NCBI RefSeq assembly: GCF_017876815.1
Contig: NZ_JAGIOS010000002.1
Coordinates: forward strand, 1,560,001-1,592,000
Origin: Sinorhizobium meliloti
GTDB taxonomy: Bacteria; Pseudomonadota; Alphaproteobacteria; Rhizobiales; Rhizobiaceae
Length of the DNA stretch: 32,000 nt
Direction of reading: 5' to 3'
Shown here: one piece after another, positions 1-7,463 of the stretch
Numbering within the stretch: the first letter of the stretch is position 1
Layout: every line of letters begins with the position of its first letter
Notes under the pieces: model-generated
Seen by the model: the letters and a program-made list of their open reading frames with translations, nothing else
The model's database searches: none
What the model was told of the DNA's origin: nothing
Program-made: the position numbers and the translations under genes

Positions 1-1358
1 ACGCCCTCGCAAGGATTCATCTGGACCATCGGCACATGTTTCAAAGCCGCGGCGTGAAAGACGAGCTCAGGCCGGTGCCGCTCGAATATCTCCTCGACCC
101 GCTGACTGCGGCGGACGCTGCAAAGATAGCTCCACCGCGGAAGTTCGGGGAAGCTTTCCGTGAGCGTCATGTCGATTGCGTAGAGATTGTATTCCGTGTT
201 GTCGATCAGGACGATCTCCGCCGGTTCGCAGGCGGCGACCTGGGCCGTCAACTCGCTGCCGATCGAGCCGCCGGCTCCGGTGATGAGCACCCGGCGCCCG
301 CGAACGAGGCGACCGATCGCCTCCCGGTCGAGCGCTGCCTGCGGCCGTTCCAGGAGGTCGGTCAATTCGATCGAGCGCAGCTCGTACGGGTTGTCACCCT
401 TGGCGCGCTTCAGCTCCGTCATCTGCGACAGGCGCGAAACGGCAATGCCTAGTCTTTCGGCCGATCTCAAAAGGCCGTCGGATGCCTCCTCTCCAAAGGC
501 CGCGGGGGCCTCGGTGAAGACGATGTGACGCGGCTGCTTGCCCTGTTGCTGCAACTCTGCAACCACCCGCTCGAAGTCTTGAATACGGCCGGCGATCGGC
601 ACGCCGCGCAGGCTCATGCCGGTTTGATCCTCACTCCTGTCGAGGCATGCGACGGGCGTATAGGTCGCGTTGGGATCGCGTGCGAGAGCCCGAAGGTAAA
701 GGTCGGCGGCATCGCTCGCGCCGATGAGCAGCAGCGGAATTCGCTTATCGTCCTGTGCGTCCTTGCTGCGCCCGGACTTGAAAACGGGCCGCCTCAGAGC
801 GAGTTCCTCAGCACGGAAGCTCAGCCGCGCAGCTGCCAGGAAGGCGATGAGCAGGAGCGACTGCATCGGGACGACGGTGCGCGGGATGTCGGTGAGCCTG
901 GTCGAGAAAAACAGCAGCGAGACGAGCAGCAGCGAGGTCAGCAACACCGCCCGCAAAATGATGAAAAGGTCGGAAATGGACCCATATTTCCAATTTCGGC
1001 TGTAGAGGCCGGAGAGGGGGAAAACGAGTGCGCATATGGTGAGGTATTGCGCACCCGACCATAGCAGCACCGAGGCGGTCTCTGGTCGTGCGGAAAGTTC
1101 TTCGACGCCGTAGCGTAGCAATAATGCCATCGCGAGCGCGACGCCGACCGATGCCAGGTCGGTGAGATAGAGGGCAGGATATTTCTGAACGCTGCGGACC
1201 GCTCCCCTTATCCGCCTGAAGCCGATATCGAGGGCGGCTCCGCAGATCGCCCAGAACATTCTGGCCGGTGCTCTGCTGCCCCCCTCTCTTCCCAAAATAG
1301 TCGGTAACGCCAGGAAATGATTACGAACTGCCTTCGCGGCGGCGTGTATACGCTGCAT
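1..1358 (-). CDS. Membrane-anchored nucleotide-sugar 4,6-dehydratase/epimerase of the CapD/WbpM/PglF type (Polysacc_synt_2); partial, C-terminus lies off the left edge
   Basis: It is absent from the ORF track because it runs off the window. Reverse-strand translation from the ATG at 1358 (GGAAGGGG Shine-Dalgarno-like run a few nt upstream) gives about four hydrophobic N-terminal helices. These are followed by IPLLLIGASDAADLYLRAL and the dinucleotide-binding signature GRRVLITGAGGSIGSEL (near 250-299). The frame stays open to base 3. The + strand ORFs at 36-1064 are its antisense shadows. Confidence 0.85.
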   Translation of the reverse strand, partial: MQRIHAAAKAVRNHFLALPTILGREGGSRAPARMFWAICGAALDIGFRRIRGAVRSVQKYPALYLTDLASVGVALAMALLLRYGVEELSARPETASVLLWSGAQYLTICALVFPLSGLYSRNWKYGSISDLFIILRAVLLTSLLLVSLLFFSTRLTDIPRTVVPMQSLLLIAFLAAARLSFRAEELALRRPVFKSGRSKDAQDDKRIPLLLIGASDAADLYLRALARDPNATYTPVACLDRSEDQTGMSLRGVPIAGRIQDFERVVAELQQQGKQPRHIVFTEAPAAFGEEASDGLLRSAERLGIAVSRLSQMTELKRAKGDNPYELRSIELTDLLERPQAALDREAIGRLVRGRRVLITGAGGSIGSELTAQVAACEPAEIVLIDNTEYNLYAIDMTLTESFPELPRWSYLCSVRRSQRVEEIFERHRPELVFHAAALKHVPMVQMNPCEG

Positions 1359-1428
1359 GACGGCCCCTTCCAATACTTTTAAGCCCTACAGCTCCGCCGA
1401 ACGACGAACGCACGACCCCCCAAAGCTC

Positions 1429-1431
1429 TTA
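1429..1431. repeat. Left copy of the 3-bp TTA target-site duplication flanking the IS
   Basis: TTA lies immediately outside the left inverted repeat. An identical TTA lies immediately outside the right inverted repeat (2365-2367). Confidence 0.6.
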
Positions 1432-1448
1432 GAGGCTGCCTCAAAAAG
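1432..1448. repeat. IS left terminal inverted repeat
   Basis: See the mobile element entry; it pairs with 2348-2364. Confidence 0.6.
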
Positions 1449-1498
1449 AATTGAGTGATTTCAGCCAGTTGTGATTCCGTCGGATTTGCAAAGATTCG

Positions 1499-2344
1499 AT
1501 GGAGATCACGATGGCCTGGACTGAAACCACCCGGCGCAATTATGTCCGGCGGACGAGCGGATATGCAAGCGATGTCACGGATCGCGAATGGGATTTTGTT
1601 GCACCGTTCATGCCTGCGCCACGGCGTCTGGGTCGTCCGCGCAAGACTGATTTGCGCGATGTTTTAAACGCCCTTCTCTATATCGCTTCGACAGGCTGCC
1701 AGTGGCGGATGCTGCCGAAGGACTTTCCGCCCTGTTCGACGGTGCAGCGATATTTCTATGAATGGCGGGCAATGGGTCTTTGGCCACGGATCAACCATCA
1801 CCTCGTCATGGAGGCGCGGGAATTGGAGGGGAAAGAAGCCTCGCCGACAGCGGGCGCGATCGACAGCCAAAGCGTTAAAACGACGGAAAGCGGCGGTATC
1901 CGTGGCTTTGATGCAGGCAAGAAGATTAAGGGCCGCAAGCGCCACATCATTGTCGACACGCTCGGGCTGATGGTCGGCCTCATGGTGCACAGCGCCGATA
2001 TTCAGGATCGCGACGGCGCTCCCGATCTCCTGAAATCCATCAAAAACCGGTGGCCGTGGTTGCTTCATGTCTTCGCTGATGGCGGCTATGCGGGCGACAA
2101 GCTCAAAAAGCGGCTGCAGAAAATCGGGAAATGGACACTCGAAATCATCAAACGTTCCGACAAGGCCAAGGGTTTTGAAATCCTGCCGCGCCGCTGGGTC
2201 GTCGAGCGGACCTTCGCCTGGCTGGGTCGATGCCGCAGACTGGCCAAGGACTTCGAAAAATCCGTCGCTTCAGCAGAAGCGTGGATCACCATCGCTCACA
2301 TCCGCATGCTCACCAGACGCCTTGCAAGATATGGATATCGTTGA
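1499..2344 (+). CDS. IS5-family DDE transposase
   Basis: The product reads MAWTETTRRNY...REWDFVAPFMP...LLYIASTGCQWRMLPKDFP...QRYFYEWR...DSQSVKT...HIIVDTLGL...FADGGYAG...VERTFAWLGRCRRLAKDFE. This has the N-terminal HTH and DDE_Tnp_1 hallmarks of IS5/IS1031-type transposases. The second ATG at 1511 (GGAG 6 nt upstream) is the more likely start. Confidence 0.95.
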   Translation: MEITMAWTETTRRNYVRRTSGYASDVTDREWDFVAPFMPAPRRLGRPRKTDLRDVLNALLYIASTGCQWRMLPKDFPPCSTVQRYFYEWRAMGLWPRINHHLVMEARELEGKEASPTAGAIDSQSVKTTESGGIRGFDAGKKIKGRKRHIIVDTLGLMVGLMVHSADIQDRDGAPDLLKSIKNRWPWLLHVFADGGYAGDKLKKRLQKIGKWTLEIIKRSDKAKGFEILPRRWVVERTFAWLGRCRRLAKDFEKSVASAEAWITIAHIRMLTRRLARYGYR

Positions 2345-2347
2345 AAC

Positions 2348-2364
2348 CTTTTCGAGTCCGACTC
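2348..2364. repeat. IS right terminal inverted repeat
   Basis: The reverse complement GAGTCGGACTCGAAAAG matches the left end. Confidence 0.6.
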
Positions 2365-2367
2365 TTA
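2365..2367. repeat. Right copy of the TTA target-site duplication
   Basis: TTA directly abuts the right IS end. Confidence 0.6.
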
Positions 2368-2577
2368 TGGTGGCTAAGAACAGTGCGTCTGTTGTGTGTC
2401 TATTCGACCTGCTCGAAAGGCTAGATAAAATGAATTCAACAAAAATAGGCGTTCGCGATCATTCCAACCGCAACGCAAAATTCCTTGGCATATTCGAATA
2501 CCGTAATAAAAAAGCACGTCTTTAGTGGGTTGTAAACAGTTTTCCAGTATTGGCCCAATTATAGTTTTCTACTGTTC

Positions 2578-3522
2578 TTATGTATTTTGCGTAGAAGCCT
2601 GAACCAGGTCAGACCCGCCGAGCTTGCCGTGATTCGGAGGCCGCCTGTCAGAGGCCCATGCCCATGCGTATGCCTCGATGCATTCCCCGTCACCGCAAAG
2701 CACGATGAACCCGCGCTCAGTATGCGCCTGAATCTGCCCTTTCAGGCCGATATATTGCCTGGAATTTTCGACCGGGGTTGCCGCATCAATGCGTATTTTC
2801 TGGCCTTTGTAGAATGTAAAGGCGCCCGGATAGGGATCTCCGACCGCGCGGATCAGCCGCAAGATGGATGCGGCCGGGTCATGCCAATCGATCCGGCCGT
2901 CCTCCGCGGTGCGCTTCGCGCAATAGCTCGCCTCCGCCTCGTTCTGTTCCGTACGCGCCGCGTTTCCGGCTTCGACCTGTGCCGCCGCCTCGACAACCAT
3001 CTCAGCTAGGTTTTCGGTGTGCTTTGTATAAAGACTGCGCGCTGTCTCGTCCGGGGCAACGGGAAATTGCCGCTGTAACAGGATCGGTCCCGAGTCGATG
3101 CCGTCGTCCAGCCAGAAAAGGGTCGAGCCAGTTCGTTCCTCACCCCGGAGGATGGTCCAGGGGATGACGCCGCGGCCCCGCAGACGCGGCAAGGCTGCCG
3201 GATGAAAACCAACGGTGCCCGCGCGCGCGATCTCCCGGAACGCCTGCCGGCAGACCTGCGACCAGCCTATGACGAGTGACAAATCCGGGGCGGCTGCTGC
3301 AACGGCCTCCAGCGTCGCCTGGGAATTTATGTCCGTCGTGTAATGGATCGCGCTTCCGGCCGCCCGGCCTATTTCCCCGAGGCCCACGAAATCGGAATGG
3401 CGCCCGGCTGCTTCGGGCGGCAGCGTTATTACAAGCACCGGAGTGCGCTTTGCCCTTATCAGCGCGTTCAAGGCGATTTTGGAACTCTCGACGGCGCCGA
3501 CGAATACGATGCGCATGGTCAC
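2578..3522 (-). CDS. Fmt/ArnA-like formyltransferase (N- and C-terminal formyl-transferase domains), probably a sugar N-formyltransferase
   Basis: The protein starts MRIVFVGAVESS. The segment GFHPAALPRLRGRGVIPWTILRGEERTGSTLFWLDDGIDSGPIL aligns by eye to E. coli Fmt INVHGSLLPRWRGAAPIQ...GLDTGD. His and Asp of the catalytic triad are present, but the Asn position reads Gly (see findings). A C-terminal Fmt-like domain follows (GDPYPGAFTF). Confidence 0.8.
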   Translation of the reverse strand: MTMRIVFVGAVESSKIALNALIRAKRTPVLVITLPPEAAGRHSDFVGLGEIGRAAGSAIHYTTDINSQATLEAVAAAAPDLSLVIGWSQVCRQAFREIARAGTVGFHPAALPRLRGRGVIPWTILRGEERTGSTLFWLDDGIDSGPILLQRQFPVAPDETARSLYTKHTENLAEMVVEAAAQVEAGNAARTEQNEAEASYCAKRTAEDGRIDWHDPAASILRLIRAVGDPYPGAFTFYKGQKIRIDAATPVENSRQYIGLKGQIQAHTERGFIVLCGDGECIEAYAWAWASDRRPPNHGKLGGSDLVQASTQNT

Positions 3523-3852
3523 ACCATAAAGCTGAATGTGAAATGAGTGACTGCCGGCGAGCCGACGGCATATAAATGCAAGAACAGTATCAGCCTATCG
3601 AACACAACTAAGGTGCGGAAGTCCAGTGCGGGATGAGGAAAACTGCGTGGGATTTCCGGGCCGCATTCCGGTCACGTCGTGTTTTAGGGCCGACCCGACC
3701 TAAAATCATCGTGATCTAACGCCGAAAATACGGCACCACCAGCTAACGTTGCAAATTGATGCGCCTCGGAAATTATGATAGGTCTTGCCTGAGCGGATGA
3801 TGCCGCCAGTCATTAGATTAGATTTTTGAATAGTAACAACGCATATTAAGAC

Positions 3853-3873
3853 GCCACGTCGTGGCAATTTTTT
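3853..3873 (+). terminator. Terminator-like hairpin plus T6 run in a divergent intergenic region
   Basis: GCCACG-T-CGTGGC (3853-3865) is followed by AATTTTTT (T run 3868-3873). The stem is short (5-6 bp) with a tiny loop, so this is a weak call. Confidence 0.25.
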
Positions 3874-3941
3874 AAGAGGGCGACTCCCGCCCTGCAACGG
3901 AACGGTATTTCAAGTTCTGAAAAATATTCGCTTTTGGTTGA

Positions 3942-4814
3942 ATGGATACGGATTCTCACGCCATGACCGTAAGTGCCAAGAAATTTTATTCATTGAATTC
4001 AAACACGATTGACCTGGTATCGGAATCAGCTTTTTTCGCCCGGTTGAAGATGCGCAATGGCACCTTCAAACTGACTCAGCCGTCCCGATTTCGGGAGTTG
4101 GAGGTCGCGTTCCGGCCGTTCATCGCGAAGCGCGCGACATCGCTCCATGACATCCTGGATGTGGGCGTCTCCACCGGATTGACGACGGTGGAACTGTCCA
4201 AGTTCCTCGAAAGTTGCGGCGCCACGGTCCACATTACAGCGACCGATCTCTTTGTAGAGGCCCACATCGTCGAATTTGCTCCCGGGGTCACGGTCTTTTG
4301 CGATCCGGAAGGCTGGCCGCTACAATATGATCTGCGCGGCGTCGCTGTTCGTCCTTGGATCAGAAGGCTGGACTATGTGACGCTCGCATTTGCCCCGCTC
4401 GTGTTGGCGCGTGTCCTGTTGCAACCGCGCCTGCGCGCCCGTGTACGGGCAGGCAAGAGCAGGCAGGTGCAGATGATCACGCGATCCTTACCCGAGAACG
4501 GCAAAATAAACTTCGTCGAAGACGATATTATGAGCCGGTCGCAGCACCTGGCCGGCCGGTTCGATCTCGTGAGAGCCGCAAACATTTTAAATACGAACTA
4601 CTTCTCGCTGGACCAGATCCGGATCGCAATCGAAAACATCCACTCCTATCTCCGCGGCCCGGGCGCCTTGGTCGTGGTGACCCGTACGAACCGCGCGCAG
4701 GAAAACGCCGGAACCTTGTTCGAACTCAAGGAGGATGGTTCGTTCGCCGCGCTGGAGCGCGTCGGGGGCGGATCGGAGATCGAAAAGCTTCTGCTGGATT
4801 TCCGTGCATCGTGA
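3942..4814 (+). CDS. Putative class I SAM-dependent methyltransferase-like protein (function uncertain)
   Basis: ILDVGVSTGLTTVEL resembles SAM motif I (h-D-h-G-x-G-x-G). ITATDL supplies an acidic residue at the end of the second strand. FDLVRAANILNTNYF resembles the CheR/MTase post-motif region. The 5-prime part is visibly more AT-rich than its neighbours. An alternative start lies at 3963. Confidence 0.55.
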   Translation: MDTDSHAMTVSAKKFYSLNSNTIDLVSESAFFARLKMRNGTFKLTQPSRFRELEVAFRPFIAKRATSLHDILDVGVSTGLTTVELSKFLESCGATVHITATDLFVEAHIVEFAPGVTVFCDPEGWPLQYDLRGVAVRPWIRRLDYVTLAFAPLVLARVLLQPRLRARVRAGKSRQVQMITRSLPENGKINFVEDDIMSRSQHLAGRFDLVRAANILNTNYFSLDQIRIAIENIHSYLRGPGALVVVTRTNRAQENAGTLFELKEDGSFAALERVGGGSEIEKLLLDFRAS

Positions 4815-4881
4815 GGCGGAGCCATACACGGCCGGAATGGAACGTCGCGGTCTCCCGAAGCGGAAATCAAACTTCTAGAGA

Positions 4882-5820
4882 ATGGAAGGCTTCATGATGC
4901 CCTCGCAACCAGTTCGCATCGCTTATATCGCAGGTTACGGACGCAGCGGGTCGACCATACTCGACATTGCGCTGGGGCAGCATGCTGCCGTGGTGGGAGC
5001 CGGAGAGATAACGTCGCTCACACGTCACGTCTGGCGTCACAACGAATATTGTGCATGCGGCAATGCAATTCGCGACTGCTCCTTCTGGAGCTCGGTCCGC
5101 AGGGAGTGGTCCGACGGCCAGGATCCCGGGCTGATGGAGGAGTATTGCGCCCTTCAGCAAAAGTTCGAAGGGCTGTCGATGATGACGAGACTGCTCAGCG
5201 GCATGGGTCTCGGAAAACAATTTTCTCTGTATATACTTCATACGAAGCGCCTGTTCAGCGCAATGCAGTCATGTTCGGGCCGGCAGGTGATCGTCGATTC
5301 CTCGAAGCTGCCGGGGAGAGCGATGGCCGTTGCGCAGATCCCCGGGATCGACATGCGCGTCATTCATCTGGTGCGTGACGGGCGCGGTGTAGCCTGGTCG
5401 TTGCTGAAGGGTTACGAGCGCGATGCCAAATCGGGCTTGCAGAAGGAAATCAAGCCGAAATCGGTATTCAGGACAGCCTTGCGCTGGAGCATGGTCAATC
5501 TTGCGGTTGAATATCTCTCGCGAAAATTGGGCTCTGAAAAGGTCATGCGTGTCAGATACGAGGATTTCGCCTCTGACCCTGTTGCCGTTATGCAGCAAAT
5601 CGGGACGTTCCTCGAGCTTGACCTGAGTCAGGTGGGTACATCGCTGCAGAATGGCGAGGCCATGGGGCCGGGACATCAGGTGGCTGGCAATCGGCTGCGC
5701 ATGAACGCATCGATCGCGCTCAACAAGGACGAAACGTGGCGAACACGGATGCCGGCCCGTCAGCAGGTTTCCTTCCAGCGGCTGGGCGGCTGGATGCTCC
5801 GACGCTACGGCTATCTGTGA
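4882..5820 (+). CDS. Sulfotransferase family protein (ST-A)
   Basis: It has a PAPS 5-prime-phosphosulfate loop IAGYGRSGSTIL and a 3-prime-phosphate motif HLVRDGRGVAWS. A Cys cluster, CACGNAIRDCSFW, follows the loop. The likely real start is the ATG at 4894 or 4897, downstream of GGAAGG. Confidence 0.85.
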   Translation: MEGFMMPSQPVRIAYIAGYGRSGSTILDIALGQHAAVVGAGEITSLTRHVWRHNEYCACGNAIRDCSFWSSVRREWSDGQDPGLMEEYCALQQKFEGLSMMTRLLSGMGLGKQFSLYILHTKRLFSAMQSCSGRQVIVDSSKLPGRAMAVAQIPGIDMRVIHLVRDGRGVAWSLLKGYERDAKSGLQKEIKPKSVFRTALRWSMVNLAVEYLSRKLGSEKVMRVRYEDFASDPVAVMQQIGTFLELDLSQVGTSLQNGEAMGPGHQVAGNRLRMNASIALNKDETWRTRMPARQQVSFQRLGGWMLRRYGYL

Positions 5821-5860
5821 AGGTCGGTGTCATATTTCTGCAGGATGGCGGCACAAGAGC

Positions 5861-7309
5861 ATGACGGTAATCTACCACTCGCGTGATGTGAGGGCATTTG
5901 GTTTCACGATAGCGCGTTGCCTGATATTGGCGGGGTTGGTCTGCGGATCATGGGTCGGCCTCTCGCGGCAAGCTCTGGCGCAGGCAGCACTGGCCGAGCC
6001 TCTTTCACCCAAGCTTCCAGACGGCAGACAACGCGCCTTTCCCACGGCCGAAGGCTTCGGCGCCGGCTCTCTTGGAGGCCGGGGGGGTAAGGTGATCTAT
6101 GTCGTCAACACGGACGAGTCAGGGCAGGGCTCCTTGCGTGCGTGCATCGAGGCATCCGGACCGCGCATTTGTATTTTCCGCACGGGCGGCACCATTGTTC
6201 TTCGCGAAAGATCGCTGGTCGTTCGACATCCATTCCTGACGATTGCCGGAGAGACGGCGCCGGGCGGCGGGATTGCCATCCGGAACGGTGAGACGCAAAC
6301 TCGCCCTTCGATCGAAATCGTGACCAATGACGTGATCATCAGGCACATTCGTCTTCGCCCCGGTCCGCATGCCGTGAAGGCTTGTTGTTCCGGAGGCCTC
6401 GGAATGTACTCCAGCTCGGCGAAGGACATCATGCTCGATCATATCTCCGCCAGCTGGGGATCAGACGAGACGATCGATTCGGAAGACGCGAGCAACTTCA
6501 CCTGGCAGTGGGGTATTACGAGCGAACCGCTGCTGCGGGGCGGCCCCGGGAAAGACAAGCGTGCGCGCAACATGTTGTTCACGAAGGGCGGCAACGTCTC
6601 CGTGCATCACTCTCTCTTCGCTTTCGGCCAGTTCAGAAATCCGCTGATAAAGATGAAGATTCCCGGCGCCGTCGCCGATGTCGTGAACAACGTGTTTTTC
6701 TCGCCGAAGTGGCAATATGTCCTAAGCTTCGGCGATGAATGGGCGCGGATCCAGGCTAATGTGGTCGGCAACTACAAGATCGCGGGGGAAAAGCTGCGAA
6801 ACGACCATTTGGTTCATCTCTTCGAAGAAAGCGGACGCGGGCACGCGATCTATTTGAAGGACAATTACGACGAACCATATCGCACTGGCGCCAGCGAGGA
6901 TGACACCCTCGTTCTGGCCGAGAAACAAAGAAGGTTCGTTTCAGTGTCGGCATTCGATGCACCGGCGGTCCGCGCTTCTGCGCCCGAAATTGCTTACGAG
7001 GACGTCCTGGCAGGTGCGGGTGCGACGAAGCCTCGGCGCGACGCCGTCGATCGCCGCATCACCGAGGCGGTCAGAAATCGCAGCGGACGGCTGCTCGTGA
7101 ACGATCCGCAGGACGTCGGCGGTTGGCCGCAACTCGATGCCGGGGTGCCGTACCCGGACAGCGACATGGACGGTATCTCGGATGACTGGGAGGTCGAAAG
7201 CGGCACCGATCCGGCAGATGCCAGCGATGGGCGACAGGACTTGGATGGCGACGGATGGACAAATCTCGAAGCGTTTCTCCATTTCATGGCGGGCGATACC
7301 GCGGATTAA
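5861..7309 (+). CDS. Secreted PL1 pectate-lyase-like polysaccharide lyase with C-terminal thrombospondin-type-3-like calcium-binding repeats
   Basis: The N-terminus looks like a signal peptide (...LAGLVCGSWVGLSRQALAQAALA). Beta-helix lyase motifs are present: AFPTAEGFGAGSLGGRGGKV, TIAGETAPGGG, IIRHIRLRPG, IMLDHISASWGSDETID and RARNMLF...VHHSLFAFGQFRNPLIK...VVNNVF. The tail reads DSDMDGISDDWEVESGTDPADASDGRQDLDGDGWTNLEAFL. Confidence 0.85.
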   Translation: MTVIYHSRDVRAFGFTIARCLILAGLVCGSWVGLSRQALAQAALAEPLSPKLPDGRQRAFPTAEGFGAGSLGGRGGKVIYVVNTDESGQGSLRACIEASGPRICIFRTGGTIVLRERSLVVRHPFLTIAGETAPGGGIAIRNGETQTRPSIEIVTNDVIIRHIRLRPGPHAVKACCSGGLGMYSSSAKDIMLDHISASWGSDETIDSEDASNFTWQWGITSEPLLRGGPGKDKRARNMLFTKGGNVSVHHSLFAFGQFRNPLIKMKIPGAVADVVNNVFFSPKWQYVLSFGDEWARIQANVVGNYKIAGEKLRNDHLVHLFEESGRGHAIYLKDNYDEPYRTGASEDDTLVLAEKQRRFVSVSAFDAPAVRASAPEIAYEDVLAGAGATKPRRDAVDRRITEAVRNRSGRLLVNDPQDVGGWPQLDAGVPYPDSDMDGISDDWEVESGTDPADASDGRQDLDGDGWTNLEAFLHFMAGDTAD

Positions 7310-7416
7310 GTCCCGTTGAGATTTGGATATCCGCCGCGGCTTGCTTGACTTCCTCATCCCTGTGCTCGTCACAGGTATCCGGCCAGACCAAGTCCGTTTG
7401 TCACAGAGATCCAGCA

Positions 7417-7434
7417 GCGCCGCGTCTGCGGCGC
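7417..7434. terminator. GC-rich hairpin between convergent genes (candidate bidirectional terminator)
   Basis: GCGCCGC-GTCT-GCGGCGC forms a perfect 7-bp stem with a tetraloop. On the + strand it is followed by GGGAAGAGTTTCTTTC. It lies 108 nt after the lyase stop and 30 nt after the PCP stop. Confidence 0.35.
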
Positions 7435-7463
7435 GGGAAGAGTTTCTTTCACCCTATGGTGTT

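Larger units (their letters stand above)
1432..2364 (+). mobile_element. Complete IS5-family insertion sequence, IS1031-group-like (933 bp, single transposase ORF)
   Basis: The terminal inverted repeats are GAGGCTGCCTCAAAAAG (1432-1448) and the reverse complement of 2348-2364, GAGTCGGACTCGAAAAG. By my alignment 13 of 17 positions match and both begin GAG. The element is flanked by TTA/TTA direct repeats. Size, GAG ends, 3-bp TNA duplication and a single DDE ORF fit the IS1031 subgroup of IS5 as I remember the ISfinder classification. Confidence 0.85.

Noticed and set aside
36-1064. Plus-strand ORFs 36-452, 187-528, 525-1064 and 724-1005
   Set aside because: They lie antisense to the CapD/WbpM-like gene, whose minus-strand frame carries clear family motifs. 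Their products are Arg/Ala/Pro-rich with no recognisable domain.
2067-2525. 152-aa ORF running from inside the IS across its right end
   Set aside because: It overlaps the transposase in another frame and crosses the IS boundary, so it is an artefact.
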